A stretch of DNA of 32,000 nt from Trichocoleus sp. (GTDB lineage: Bacteria > Cyanobacteriota > Cyanobacteriia > Elainellales > Elainellaceae), in assembly GCA_036702865.1 (NCBI GenBank), contig DATNQD010000045.1:1-32000 (forward strand). Reading direction: 5' to 3'. Of this stretch, positions 1 to 10,433 are shown in pieces (the first letter of the stretch is position 1; each line of letters begins with the position of its first letter). The notes beneath the pieces are model-generated. The model saw only the letters and a program-made list of their open reading frames with translations. It was not told where the DNA came from and did no database searches. A program made the translations under genes and the position numbers.

Positions 1-366
1 TGTTATGCTGACTTCTAAACTATTCTTCTTTCCAGGTTCTCGGCTCCCGTCGATACCCCTCAAACTCGCTCGCCTGAGCAGTACCTCGTTCACCGCTTTA
101 TCAACATATCTAATCCATCCCCACTCTGTCAACCCCTTCACTGGAAATTCCGTAGCCCTCTTTCAATTGGTTATTGGCTAGTAGCAAGACTAATATTTTG
201 TGTCGCGGGTTAGGTTAATAGAAGAGTGATAGGGATAGGCTGAGTTAGCCACTTCCCGCCAATTACACTTTTACCAAAAGCACATGTTTCCCTTACGAAG
301 AGAGAGGGAGTGTGTTGCTCTAGGCGATAATTGATAGGTTGTATTGCTGGAATTTGGGAGTTTGCT

Positions 367-1254
367 GTGAATTTTCAGTCGGTGATTGCGACACTACACC
401 AATTTTGGAGCGATCGAGGTTGCTTAATCGTTCAACCTTACGATACCGAGAAGGGAGCGGGGACGAAAAGCCCACATACATTCTTGCGAGCGATTGGACC
501 TGAACCGTGGTCAGTTGCTTACGTTGAGCCTTGCCGCCGTCCTGCTGATGGGCGATATGGAGAGAATCCTAATCGAGTACAGCACTACTATCAATATCAG
601 GTGCTGATCAAGCCATCACCAGATAATGTACTGGAGATTTATCTAGATTCACTGAGAGCATTAGGAATTCAGCCTGAAGATCATGATATTCGGTTTGTTG
701 AGGATAACTGGGAAGATGCAGCAGTTGGGGCATGGGGTGTTGGGTGGGAAGTCTGGCTAGACGGTATGGAGGTTACTCAGTTCACCTACTTCCAACAATG
801 TGGTGGAATTGACTGCCGCCCTGTCTCAGTTGAGATTACTTATGGATTAGAGCGATTGACCATGTATCTCCAGGGCGTTGATTCGATCTTTGATATTGCC
901 TGGAATAATGAACTAACTTATGGGGACATTTACCTGCAAGGCGAAATCGAAAATTCGATTTATAACTTTGAGGCTTCAGATCCGGAGCGACTGTTTACTC
1001 TGTTTGGTTTGTTTGAGCAAGAAGCAGAACGCCTGATGACGCAGGGGCTTGTTTTGCCTGCATTTGACCAAGTGCTGAAGTGTTCTCACACCTTCAACCT
1101 TTTGGACGCACGAGGTGTTATTTCTGTCACAGAGCGAACCCGCTACATTTTAAGAATTCGGAATTTAGCTCGACAAATCGCGCAACTCTATCTGAAGCAG
1201 CGGGAAGAAATGGGGTTCCCACTACTTAAAGCTGTACAGTCCAAGGCTGCTTAA
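367..1254 (+). CDS. glyQ: Glycyl-tRNA synthetase alpha subunit; likely GTG start at 367 inside the ORF listed as 331..1254
   Basis: Protein [70 protein letters not shown] is the characteristic bacterial GlyQ N-terminus. The 12 residues before it ([12 protein letters not shown]) do not fit the family. Confidence 0.97.
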   Translation: MNFQSVIATLHQFWSDRGCLIVQPYDTEKGAGTKSPHTFLRAIGPEPWSVAYVEPCRRPADGRYGENPNRVQHYYQYQVLIKPSPDNVLEIYLDSLRALGIQPEDHDIRFVEDNWEDAAVGAWGVGWEVWLDGMEVTQFTYFQQCGGIDCRPVSVEITYGLERLTMYLQGVDSIFDIAWNNELTYGDIYLQGEIENSIYNFEASDPERLFTLFGLFEQEAERLMTQGLVLPAFDQVLKCSHTFNLLDARGVISVTERTRYILRIRNLARQIAQLYLKQREEMGFPLLKAVQSKAA

Positions 1255-1418
1255 TACTTCTCTAGGAATGTCTGTTCATACAAGAACTGGGTCTTGCTCT
1301 TTCTCATCCAATCGCTAATTTTGGCGAACTAGCAACCTAGATAAGAAACAGCCTGACCCAGCGATTGAAGATTTAGGAATTGATTACGAGTTCTGACTCA
1401 TCAATTCTCGCTGCTCTC

Positions 1419-2180
1419 TTACCGTCTACCCCGGTAAGGCACTTTGTTGAGATAGTCTACATCTGCAGCACGGAGGTTTTGAGCATAGTTGCCTTTTGCA
1501 GCAATTGAAGATGCCATATCGCGGTATTTGCGGGGATCACCTTCTGCCAGTTGACGCTCCTGGAATTTGCGCGTGTAGAATTTCTCCACCACAAACCGCC
1601 AATCAGTTCTGACTGTGCCCACTTTTTCGCGGAAGTCCTCACCGTAGCGAGGTGTGACCAGGTTAAAAGGACGTGATTCCATCCGCTTGCGCTGGTATGG
1701 CACGGTGTTGTCACCAAAAGCGTTGGTATATTCCTCACTGTCAATCAGTGCATCAATGAAACCGTAGTAACCAAGAGTTGCAACCTTGATCGACCAAGCA
1801 ATTTTTTCATCTTGATTGTAAGGTGCACGGCCCAACAACCGCTTTAAGCAAATTTCAACTAGACGATAGTTGTCGTTAACTGAAACAACCTGACTATAAA
1901 ACCGCTCAGATTTTGCCAAGCCACGAACAAAATCACGCACACTGATTGCCCGGTTTTTCAACTGGGATTCCAACGCAGACAGGCGGTTGAACTTGAGGAT
2001 CTGATGCTCGCTGAATACTTGCCGATATGCTGCCCAAATCACTTCGCGCAGCTCAGCATCAGAAGCAGCATTTTCTATGCGATAGATATAGGGCGTATCT
2101 TCATCTTCGTCGGACTTGCCAAAGCTGGAAACCCGCTGATTTTGCGTTGATAGCTTATAGTCAAGCAACGGCAATGCCAT
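1419..2180 (-). CDS. cpcG: Phycobilisome rod-core linker polypeptide, fourth cpcG copy in operon order
   Basis: [21 protein letters not shown]...[11 protein letters not shown]...[16 protein letters not shown]...[13 protein letters not shown]...[15 protein letters not shown] matches the CpcG/PBS linker domain. Confidence 0.93.
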   Translation of the reverse strand: MALPLLDYKLSTQNQRVSSFGKSDEDEDTPYIYRIENAASDAELREVIWAAYRQVFSEHQILKFNRLSALESQLKNRAISVRDFVRGLAKSERFYSQVVSVNDNYRLVEICLKRLLGRAPYNQDEKIAWSIKVATLGYYGFIDALIDSEEYTNAFGDNTVPYQRKRMESRPFNLVTPRYGEDFREKVGTVRTDWRFVVEKFYTRKFQERQLAEGDPRKYRDMASSIAAKGNYAQNLRAADVDYLNKVPYRGRR

Positions 2181-2404
2181 GCTGATATCTCCCTTTTGTA
2201 ATGGTGATGTCCAAAATTAAGTTGATTGCACTGGATTGAACTGCAACTGGGCAACGCGATCGGTTTATTCTCTTAGAATGTGCCTTGGGTCACGGGCTCA
2301 AACCAGTTCGCTCTAAAGCTTATTATCCCGTGGAATGGGGCGGAGTGGATAAGGAATGAGGAATTAAGCGAGATTGAGGGATGAAAAGTAAGGGATGAAA
2401 TGGG

Positions 2405-3142
2405 TTAGCTGCCTGTGGTGGGTAGATTACCTACCAGTAGTGTGATTACACCAAGCAGGAATAGCAGGAGAATCACTCCGGCAACTCTGCCCCAGTTTGT
2501 AGTTTGTACAAAGGTTTCCATCTCAAACGGTTCATTGAAGTTGAGGTTAAAGCGACTGACTGAAACATAAGGTTTGGCTTCAGGGAGACTGTCTCGGTAG
2601 TCTGCACCATAGCGGGGGGTGAAACTGAACGGGCGATCGGTCATGCGCTTCCGCTGATAAGGCACAACGCTGTCGCCAAAGTTTACGGTGTATTCCTCGC
2701 TGTCTAGCAATGCATCTACAAAGCTGCTCCAGCCAAGCGTTGCAATCTGCACTGACCAGGCAATCTCTTCCTCTTGATTGTATGGGGCGCGACCAAGCAA
2801 CCGCTTCAAGCACATTTCAACGAGCCGATAGTTATTGTTTGGCTCCACTACAAGTTGATAGAACCGCTCAGACTTTGTTAGTCCTCGAACAAAATCACGG
2901 ACTGAGATGGTGTGATTCTTTAGCTGGGTTTCCAGCACGACCTGTCGGTTGAATTGGAGCATTTCCTGCTCATTAAATATCTGCCGATAGGTTGCTCGAA
3001 TCAGTGCATCCATTTCACTAGCTGTAGTAGCGTTGTCCAGTCGATACAGGTGAGGTGTATCTTCGTTGAGGTCAGATATTCCGAAACTTGACACTCGCTG
3101 ATTTCGAGTCGTCGGTTTGTAGTCTAGTAGAGGTAACGTCAT
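2405..3142 (-). CDS. cpcL: CpcL-type phycobilisome linker (CpcG-like with C-terminal transmembrane helix); start trimmed to the ATG at 3142
   Basis: [34 protein letters not shown] linker domain followed by a hydrophobic tail [31 protein letters not shown], the hallmark of CpcG2/CpcL proteins. Confidence 0.9.
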   Translation of the reverse strand: MTLPLLDYKPTTRNQRVSSFGISDLNEDTPHLYRLDNATTASEMDALIRATYRQIFNEQEMLQFNRQVVLETQLKNHTISVRDFVRGLTKSERFYQLVVEPNNNYRLVEMCLKRLLGRAPYNQEEEIAWSVQIATLGWSSFVDALLDSEEYTVNFGDSVVPYQRKRMTDRPFSFTPRYGADYRDSLPEAKPYVSVSRFNLNFNEPFEMETFVQTTNWGRVAGVILLLFLLGVITLLVGNLPTTGS

Positions 3143-3494
3143 GAGGTTTCTCCTGAAAAACTGCAATCCTACGTCTATGTTCGATGACAACTGGATGGGT
3201 TTTGTGAGTGATCTACCTGAATGAACCAATAAGTTTTCTAGTTTGAACAGCAGGAAAGCAGTCTCCCTGGCAGCAGTTCAAAAGTGTCACTCGCTCATTT
3301 AGGAAGACAAGCATGAAATAGACCTCTTGCAGCGATCGAACCGAGTTTTCATGATGCAGTGATGCAAGAGATCAGGAGTGTGTGAAGCAAACCTGTTTGG
3401 AGTAATTGGGGATAGGTAATTGGTCAAATTCAACTACAAATAAGTGATTGCCCGCCACCTACCACCCATTACCCATCGGTTTGAACCCGGAAGG

Positions 3495-4235
3495 TTATCG
3501 CACTGGGAAGCTTGCCGAGGTGTTGATTGAAACAGGCGTATTTGGCTTCGTACTGCGGGTCATATCAGGAATCGTGATATTTGCCGTGTTAACTGAAACC
3601 GTCTTGCTTGGGGTGATCTGGATCGATCGTGCCATGTCACGGAAGTTGTTGATGTCGCCCCACTTATACCGTTGTGACTCAAGTTGATCCCGCCAGTAGT
3701 TACCGTAGCGAGGCGTCACTAAATTAAATGGACGATCTTTATAGCGACGACGCTGAGATGGAACTGTGTTGTCACCAAAGTTAACGCCGTATTCTTCACT
3801 GTCTACCAGCGCATCAACAAAGCTATCAAATCCTTTTGTCGCAATTTTGATCGACCAAGCAATTTTTTCATCTTCGTTGTAGGGCGATCGACCTAATAAG
3901 CGCTTCAGGCACAGCTCTACAACTCGGTAGTTGGAATTTGTTTCAACTACTAACCGCCGGAAAGTTTCAGACTTTGCTAGCCCTCGCACAAAATCGCGCA
4001 CTGTGATCGATCGGTTTTTGACCTGCGATTCCAGATTAGAGAGACGATTGCTCTTGAGAATGACGTGCTCACTGAACACCTGACGGTAAGCTGCCCAGAT
4101 AAGCTGTTCTAAATCGCTGTTGTCGGTGCAGTTTTCAAGACGGTAGATATAGGGGGTATCTTCGCCAGGAACTTCATAGCCAGGAACGCGATGATTCCGG
4201 GAAGAAGGAGTGTACTCGAGAAGAGGAATTGCCAT
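3495..4235 (-). CDS. cpcG: Phycobilisome rod-core linker polypeptide, second cpcG copy in operon order
   Basis: [36 protein letters not shown]...[16 protein letters not shown]...[20 protein letters not shown]. Confidence 0.93.
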   Translation of the reverse strand: MAIPLLEYTPSSRNHRVPGYEVPGEDTPYIYRLENCTDNSDLEQLIWAAYRQVFSEHVILKSNRLSNLESQVKNRSITVRDFVRGLAKSETFRRLVVETNSNYRVVELCLKRLLGRSPYNEDEKIAWSIKIATKGFDSFVDALVDSEEYGVNFGDNTVPSQRRRYKDRPFNLVTPRYGNYWRDQLESQRYKWGDINNFRDMARSIQITPSKTVSVNTANITIPDMTRSTKPNTPVSINTSASFPVR

Positions 4236-4285
4236 TGGAGTTTGTAAAAGGATGAAGGATGAAATGAGGAGAGATTGAAGACAGT

Positions 4286-5125
4286 TTAGGCTTTGGGTGT
4301 ACCGTACAGATAGCGATAAGGGAGGGCTACTTTAGGCGGTTTCACGCTGGGTTTACTTAGTTCACTGCTGCGACTAGAGTCGGGAACCTTAACTGAACTT
4401 GAGGTTGCTCTTGCCACATCACGCTGTGAATCAACCTGCGGGATCAGCATTGTCTTCGTCATGTTGAAGAACATGGGAGAGATTGCCTGACGAATAATCT
4501 TGCGATCGAGATTGCCGCTTTGATATTGCCGTACCTGATAGTAGGAGCGGTTTTGTAGCTCCATTTCCACCAACCGTCCACGCCAGTAGTCGCTGTAGCG
4601 GGGATTGGTCAGGTTAAAGGGGCTTACTTCCATTCGTCGGCGCTGATAGGGGACAACATCATCGCCAAAGTTTTGCTGGTATTCTTCGCCGTCTACTACT
4701 GCATCAATAAAGCCATGTAGCCCTTTCGTAGCGATGACGATCGACCAAGCGATTTGCTCATCTTTGCCGTAAGAAGCCCGTCCCAGAAATCGCTTAAACG
4801 TGAGATCGACAATGCGATAGTTCGAGTTCAGTTCCGCAATCTGTTCTCGGTAAACCTCTGATTTTCCCAAACCCCGAATAAATTCTCGGACTGAGATTGC
4901 TCGATTTCGCAACTGAGATTCTAAAAATTGCTGACGGTAGCTTTCAAGAATCAAATGTTCACTAAAGATCTGACGATAGCAAGCCCAGATAATCTCAGTG
5001 ACATCGGTATCAGAAATCGCGTAACTCAGACGATACAGCTTGGCATCATCTTCATCAGCGACATCATAACCCTCTACCCGTTGATTCTGAGTCTTTGGAG
5101 TAACTTTGAGGAGGGGTATCGACAT
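4286..5125 (-). CDS. cpcG: Phycobilisome rod-core linker polypeptide, first cpcG copy in operon order; start trimmed to MSIPLLKV at 5125
   Basis: [60 protein letters not shown]...[16 protein letters not shown], with a longer Pro/Ser/Lys-rich C-terminal tail ending [11 protein letters not shown]. Confidence 0.9.
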   Translation of the reverse strand: MSIPLLKVTPKTQNQRVEGYDVADEDDAKLYRLSYAISDTDVTEIIWACYRQIFSEHLILESYRQQFLESQLRNRAISVREFIRGLGKSEVYREQIAELNSNYRIVDLTFKRFLGRASYGKDEQIAWSIVIATKGLHGFIDAVVDGEEYQQNFGDDVVPYQRRRMEVSPFNLTNPRYSDYWRGRLVEMELQNRSYYQVRQYQSGNLDRKIIRQAISPMFFNMTKTMLIPQVDSQRDVARATSSSVKVPDSSRSSELSKPSVKPPKVALPYRYLYGTPKA

Positions 5126-5172
5126 TCGCTTAACCTTAGTTATAGACAACTTTAAAAATCTGGCGAAATCTT

Positions 5173-5811
5173 TTAACTAGCGTCCGCCAGTACCTTTAGA
5201 GCCAGGAGACTTCTCGCCTGGACTGCTCGATCGGTATCTGTTTCACTCATCTGCTGGAGCCTAATTATCGTCTCAGGTGACGAAGGCAAAGCCAGGGCAA
5301 GGGCTTGAAGTCCCACAATTGCTGCATAGCGCAGTGACCAATCTGAGTCTTCGGTAATTTTAAGCAGGGACTCAAGCACCTGCTTTTGAGCCAAGGCGAC
5401 CTGCTCATCCGGTAGCAACTGCCATTGCAAAAAGCCCAATCCCTTCGTTGCAGCTCGTCGTACACTAGGCGCAAAATCTGCTTCAGCCGCAGCCAGTAAC
5501 ACGTCCAAGGCACGCGGATCACCAATTCCCACTAATGCCCGAATTGCCCAGGCTCTTGCCCCATAGTTGTAGTCATCCAGCAACTCCAACAAAGGCTTAA
5601 CCGCTGTCGTTCCCATTTCCACTAATCCCCGCACAGCGATCGCCGCTGCCCCAGCATTGTTAAATCCTAAGGCGCGAATTAGTGTCGGAATCCCTGCCTC
5701 CTGCCTTGCTGCCGCCAATGCCTGAACTGCGCTAATCAACTGCTCAGATGAACCTGCCTGATCAATTGCGTGAATTAAGGACTGGAGGCTAGAGGAATTA
5801 GTCGCAGTCAT
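5173..5811 (-). CDS. cpcF: Phycocyanobilin lyase subunit beta, HEAT-like repeat protein
   Basis: HEAT-like repeats (LVEMGTTAVKPLLELLDDYNYGARAWAIRALVGIGDPRALDVL...) and position directly after cpcE. Confidence 0.9.
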   Translation of the reverse strand: MTATNSSSLQSLIHAIDQAGSSEQLISAVQALAAARQEAGIPTLIRALGFNNAGAAAIAVRGLVEMGTTAVKPLLELLDDYNYGARAWAIRALVGIGDPRALDVLLAAAEADFAPSVRRAATKGLGFLQWQLLPDEQVALAQKQVLESLLKITEDSDWSLRYAAIVGLQALALALPSSPETIIRLQQMSETDTDRAVQARSLLALKVLADAS

Positions 5812-5890
5812 GGGAGAGGAATAGGTTTTGGGTATTGAGGAAGTCGGGATAAATTATATGGACAATTACACTACAGGCAAGAGGGACATG

Positions 5891-6739
5891 CTAAAGCAAA
5901 CTATCCATCAGCGTCATCAGGTGAATTGCTTCTGGGGAAAGAGTTACTTTGTCCCTAACTTCATGTTCCAGCAAGCCTTTTAGAGAGAACAGCTTAAAGC
6001 TATTTTCTGCCGCTGCATTGGCAATTGCTTCTGCTGCCGGAAGATAGCCAACTGCTCCCAAATCAGACAAAGCAACACGACGTAAATTAATGTCACTGCC
6101 TGAAAGAGCCTGAATTAACCGATCGCCATATTGCGCTTCGCCTGTCAACTGATACATTGCCCTCGTGGCAGAGTATTGCACTCGTCCCATTGGATGCGAC
6201 AAAAACGGCTGAATCAAATCGATCGCCGTTGTCTGCCATTCAGTATTTGGAGCGAGTGCGCCCAGTGCCTCCATAACTGCCTCGTAAGGTTGAGCAAGAT
6301 GAGGACGACCCGGAACAAGCTGAGCTGCTGCAACACCACCCTGTAAAAAGGGCAATAAATCAGGTACACAAGATGAATCACTAAGCGTTCCAAGCGATTG
6401 AGCTGCTGCTTCCCGCACGTAAAAATCTTCGCAGAATAAACAGCACACTAAACCAGGAACGGCTCGTCGATCGTTTAGCTTTCCTAAAGCGCGCGCTGCA
6501 TTACGCCGCAAAGGATAGCCCCCTAACTCAGTACGGTCAGATTCATCTTCTAAAGCAGCAATCAGTGCATCAACTGCCGCTGGACAATCTACACGAAATT
6601 TCCCCAACCACCAGGCTGCGTAATATCGCAAGCTCAAGTCTGGATGAGTCAAGTTTGCAATTGCTTGCTCTACGGTCAATTCACCTGCTGAAGATGATCC
6701 AGAAGATCCAGCAGACTGTTCGGGGTTAGGCTCCAGCAT
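5891..6739 (-). CDS. cpcE: Phycocyanobilin lyase subunit alpha, HEAT-like repeat protein
   Basis: LTVEQAIANLTHPDLSLRYYAAWWLGKFRVDCPAAVDALIAALEDESDRTELGGYPLRRNAARALGKL is a CpcE hallmark; canonical operon position. Confidence 0.94.
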   Translation of the reverse strand: MLEPNPEQSAGSSGSSSAGELTVEQAIANLTHPDLSLRYYAAWWLGKFRVDCPAAVDALIAALEDESDRTELGGYPLRRNAARALGKLNDRRAVPGLVCCLFCEDFYVREAAAQSLGTLSDSSCVPDLLPFLQGGVAAAQLVPGRPHLAQPYEAVMEALGALAPNTEWQTTAIDLIQPFLSHPMGRVQYSATRAMYQLTGEAQYGDRLIQALSGSDINLRRVALSDLGAVGYLPAAEAIANAAAENSFKLFSLKGLLEHEVRDKVTLSPEAIHLMTLMDSLL

Positions 6740-6927
6740 GAGTTAGACAAAAACACAAATTGACAGAAGGCTACCAACAAACAACCTCTAAATGACACCG
6801 AATCCTCGTTTCCAGGTAAAGCCAGGGAAACCATTAACAGCTCAGCTTTCAAGCCTTACCTGGTGGAACCCGGAAACGAAAATAGGTGAACTAAAGTGGC
6901 TAAATGCTGATAGCCGATTGCAGCAAC

Positions 6928-7161
6928 TTAAGCAGTGAGCGCTTCAATCTTGACGATCTTGCCGCCCATCCGCAGAATACGCTGCATTTCGTCATTCATC
7001 CGGTTGTAGGGCACAGTGATGAACACGCTGCCGCTCTGACGGATGGAGTAGTTATTTTTATCGCTTTCCTCGTTCTGACGCAGTCCTACCACTTCATAGC
7101 GGAACATCCGGCTTCCCGAAGGACTATTTGCAGAACCACCAACCGCAGCTTGTCCAAACAT
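6928..7161 (-). CDS. cpcD: Phycocyanin-associated rod-capping linker CpcD; start trimmed to the ATG at 7161
   Basis: MFGQAAVGGSANSPSGSRMFRYEVVGLRQNEESDKNNYSIRQSGSVFITVPYNRMNDEMQRILRMGGKIVKIEAL is a small CpcD-domain protein. Confidence 0.93.
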   Translation of the reverse strand: MFGQAAVGGSANSPSGSRMFRYEVVGLRQNEESDKNNYSIRQSGSVFITVPYNRMNDEMQRILRMGGKIVKIEALTA

Positions 7162-7211
7162 TGGCTTTATACCTCCTGTAGTGATGATGTGAAACATATG
7201 GGAAATTGCAG

Positions 7212-7270
7212 GTAATTGGTAATGGTAAGTTCGATTGCTGACTCACAACCCATTACTAATTACCAATTAC
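7212..7270 (-). repeat. Inverted repeat (12-bp perfect arms) in the cpcC-cpcD intercistronic region
   Basis: GTAATTGGTAAT at 7212-7223 and its exact reverse complement ATTACCAATTAC at 7259-7270, separated by 35 nt. Confidence 0.75.
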
Positions 7271-7280
7271 TCATTACCGC

Positions 7281-8144
7281 TTATGCAGGTGAAACACTCA
7301 CAATTCTGCCGCCCTGCCGCTGAATTTGCTGCATTCTGGGAAGCAGTTGATTGTAAGGAACCAGATAAGCAGTGCTGCTACGACGAACACTCGGATATCC
7401 AGCTCCCCGTATTCCAGCCACTTCGAGGCGGAACATCCGAGGCTCATCACCTGTAACTGCACCACCCAGGCACTTTGCGGGCGCAACATCATTGCTTGCC
7501 CGATAGTGCGACCAGCTATTGCTGCTAGAAGGAGCAACGATCGACGAAGACTTGTTTTGTGCTAATTCACGAGCCAGACGAGAATTGTTTTGCTCTGTCT
7601 GAGCTCGATCGCTGTTAGCATAACCCCGGTACAGACGGAACATCCGGTTAAAGCCAACCGTTCTTGCACCTGTGTGGAAATCGAAACCCCGATAGTAGGG
7701 CACAATATTCTCACCAAAGGTTGCCTGATACTCTTCTGAATCGATGTAAGAATCGATCTCAGCGTCGTAACCTTCGTTTTCGTAGAGATCCAGGTGGAAA
7801 ATCACCTCAGACTCATCGTAAGGGGCACGACCCAACAAATGCTTGTAGTTGAGTTCAATGACCCGCGTTTGGAAACTGCTATAGAAAAACTTTTGTTTGT
7901 ATAGTTCAGACTTGGCAACGCACCGCACGAACTCCCGCACAGAAACTTTGCGGTCTCGCAACAGTGATTCAGCACTGATCAACCGCTCGGAAGCCATTAG
8001 ATAGTCGTTACCCAACACCTGACGATAGACCGCACGAATCACATTGTCTATGTCTTCTCTCGTCGAGGTCGGACGCAGTTCTACCCGTGCAGCATCACTA
8101 AATGCAGATGTTCCTAACCGGGAAGCTGCTGTTGTTACAGCCAT
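7281..8144 (-). CDS. cpcC: Phycocyanin rod linker polypeptide CpcC (PBS linker domain plus C-terminal CpcD domain)
   Basis: [48 protein letters not shown]... and C-terminal [11 protein letters not shown]...[28 protein letters not shown]. Confidence 0.96.
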   Translation of the reverse strand: MAVTTAASRLGTSAFSDAARVELRPTSTREDIDNVIRAVYRQVLGNDYLMASERLISAESLLRDRKVSVREFVRCVAKSELYKQKFFYSSFQTRVIELNYKHLLGRAPYDESEVIFHLDLYENEGYDAEIDSYIDSEEYQATFGENIVPYYRGFDFHTGARTVGFNRMFRLYRGYANSDRAQTEQNNSRLARELAQNKSSSIVAPSSSNSWSHYRASNDVAPAKCLGGAVTGDEPRMFRLEVAGIRGAGYPSVRRSSTAYLVPYNQLLPRMQQIQRQGGRIVSVSPA

Positions 8145-8380
8145 GAGTTATCTCCTCCAACAAAGCGAGCTAGCCAAAAGAAGGGATGAAATCGGAAAGA
8201 TAAAGGATGAAGAAAATTAAATAAACACAGCGAATCAAAAATTAAAGCAAAACGAGCAATGAAGGCAACACAGCTTTTGCGATCGAGGAAAAAACAAGCC
8301 CACCTTTCTACTGAAGAGGCGAAAGTAGCTTTAACTTATTCCTCATCCCCCATCCCTCATCTTTCCTATAGATACACTAC

Positions 8381-8436
8381 GCCCGGAAAAGTAAACCATT
8401 GCTAGAGACAACCAGCAACCGCATACCTCTCCGGGC
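8381..8436 (-). repeat. Inverted repeat just downstream of cpcA, candidate mRNA stem-loop in the cpcA-cpcC intercistronic region
   Basis: GCCCGGA at 8381-8387 and TCCGGGC at 8430-8436, with smaller internal TTGC/GCAA complementarity. Confidence 0.55.
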
Positions 8437-8447
8437 TGCACGATCAA

Positions 8448-8936
8448 TTAGCTGAGAGCGTTGATCGCGTAATCGATGTAAGCATTAGCTTCAACAGCAG
8501 CTTGACCTGTGATACCGTGGTTAGCCTTGATGCTCTTCAGAGCTTCAACATACCAGCTAGGAGACAGATCAAAGGTGCGGTTGATTTCGTCCAGACCAGC
8601 AACCAGGTACTCATCCAGAGGACCGGTACCACCAGCAACCAAGCTATAGGTGATGATCCGCAGGTAGTAACCGATGTCACGAGCGCACTTGGACTTACCA
8701 CGAGCATCAGCAGCGAAGTTAGAACCTTGCTGTTGAGTTGTGTAAGGGAACTTTTGGTATACAGCATTTGCTGCACCATCAATCAGGCTCTGTGCATTGT
8801 TGGTCAGTGTGCGAGCAGCCTCTAGAGCAGCAGCAGCGCGCTCATAACGACCGAACACTTGGTGCATTTCAGCATTGCTGAGGAAACGGCCTTGAGTATC
8901 TGCAGCAGAAATTGCTTCAGTAATGGGGGTCTTCAT
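8448..8936 (-). CDS. cpcA: C-phycocyanin alpha subunit
   Basis: [115 protein letters not shown]-like ribosome binding site precedes the ATG. Confidence 0.99.
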   Translation of the reverse strand: MKTPITEAISAADTQGRFLSNAEMHQVFGRYERAAAALEAARTLTNNAQSLIDGAANAVYQKFPYTTQQQGSNFAADARGKSKCARDIGYYLRIITYSLVAGGTGPLDEYLVAGLDEINRTFDLSPSWYVEALKSIKANHGITGQAAVEANAYIDYAINALS

Positions 8937-9061
8937 TATGTTATCTCCCTAATGTTTAATCCTTCAAAGTTTGCAGCGAGAAGAGATGTCATTAGTTATT
9001 TGCCTTGAATCATGCGTCAACTGCTAAAGCAAGTAACAGAGGACGATGCTCAAAGGACAAA

Positions 9062-9580
9062 TTAACCAACTGCAGCAGCAGCGCGATCGAAATAGCTAGC
9101 CAGCTCAGAAACGAGAGAGCTGCAATCACCCTTGGTAATACCATTGGGATCGTTAGCAATTGCAAGAGCAGCATCCTTCATTTTTTGAACGCCCGCAGCC
9201 ACAGAACCACCGGGAACGCCCAGAGCTTGGTAGGTCTCACGTAGACCGTTCAAGCAGCGATCGTCAAGAACGCTGGAATCGCCAGCCAAAGTTGCGTAGG
9301 TAACATAGCGCAAGATGATTTCCATGTCGCGCAAGCAAGCAGCCATACGACGGTTGGTGTAAGCATTTCCGCCTGGCTGGATGAGCTGAGGCTGTTCTTC
9401 AAACAGAGCACGAGCTGCATTAGCAACGATGGTGGAAGCATTACCGGTGACGCGGTTCACAACGTCCAAGCGCTTGTTGCCTTCGCGAACCAGATTGTTC
9501 AGCGCATCGAGCTGGGAAGCACTTAGAAACTCACCTTTTGCATCTGCTTGAGAAACAACTTTGGCGAATGCATCTAGCAT
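9062..9580 (-). CDS. cpcB: C-phycocyanin beta subunit
   Basis: [101 protein letters not shown] lies upstream of the ATG. Confidence 0.99.
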   Translation of the reverse strand: MLDAFAKVVSQADAKGEFLSASQLDALNNLVREGNKRLDVVNRVTGNASTIVANAARALFEEQPQLIQPGGNAYTNRRMAACLRDMEIILRYVTYATLAGDSSVLDDRCLNGLRETYQALGVPGGSVAAGVQKMKDAALAIANDPNGITKGDCSSLVSELASYFDRAAAAVG

Positions 9581-10433
9581 GGACTCAATCTCCTAATTGT
9601 TTTGGTTAAGTTCGGTTTTGATCAAACCTTGATTTAGTTTCAAGCTGGCTAAGCAACCTGAAGGAGTTCTTTACAGACACCGTCCTCACCATCTCGCTTA
9701 GTTCTGCCCACACAACTCGTCTCATTACCTCAAGGAAGAGTAGAGTCGAGAGAAATCTGAGAAAATTTCACATTTGTATGAGAAAGCAGAAAGGCTTACG
9801 AGTGATTGGTTTAGATGGCTTAAACTCTGCGTTTTTTGCCCTCCAGGTATTCTTATACAATGCTCTAGGGGCATTATTTGTTACGAGTTGTTGAGATCCG
9901 TCTCGTTCTGGAGATGAATTGCTCAAATCCAAGCCCTGACCCAATTTCGTCGCAATCTAGCCCTACAACTCGTCATATTTCTTTTCAATTTCTTGGCTAA
10001 TAAATTAAGTAATGTAAATTCATTTTTTCTTCAGATTCCCACGAAAGTCTTGTGGAATCAGGGCTATTTTTGAGGTTATTGGAAAATCTGATTGCTTTGA
10101 TAATGTAAAGCTAAGTAAATTAATTGCCTAAAGAAATTTTTAAGTTTGGTAAAGGCATCACGGAATACAGCAATTTTCGCGAGGCACTTCCAGCAGAGAT
10201 AAATTTAGCAGTGACCGAATGAGCCTCTCGATTGATTCGATCGCTGTAGCAATTTGTCACGATAGAAAAATTTGATTAGTCTGGCTCGCGACCCAAAAAT
10301 TGAGCGCAGGATTCTGGATAGTGTTTTGCTCATTACCCAGAAATTCAGCAGTCCTCGTATTGCGGCAGCTGCATTGAGGCGATCGAGCCTATTAACAAAA
10401 ACGGACAGAACAAGAGAACTAGGAATAACCGCA

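Noticed and set aside
331-366. Extra 12 N-terminal residues in the glyQ ORF ([12 protein letters not shown])
   Set aside because: The family N-terminus begins at [14 protein letters not shown], encoded from the GTG at 367. The upstream part is likely just open frame from a TTG.
1457-1744. Minus-strand 95-aa ORF overlapping the fourth cpcG copy
   Set aside because: It is an alternate frame of a strong linker gene, with no family-like sequence.
2710-2952. Plus-strand 80-aa ORF antisense to cpcL
   Set aside because: It is the antisense of conserved linker codons; the Ser/Gln/Ala-rich translation looks non-protein-like.
3448-3687. Plus-strand 79-aa ORF ([26 protein letters not shown]...)
   Set aside because: It overlaps the 3' end of a cpcG gene on the opposite strand and starts in a repeat-rich spacer.
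7211-7278. CRISPR-like interpretation of the ATTACC/CATTACC repeats
   Set aside because: Repeats are 6-12 nt, irregularly spaced and without unique spacers of constant length. They are consistent with a simple intergenic repeat and hairpin.
8502-9441. Antisense and alternate-frame ORFs over cpcA and cpcB (8502..8825, 8537..8782, 9005..9244, 9250..9441)
   Set aside because: cpcA and cpcB are certain in their own frame; these arise from constrained codon usage.
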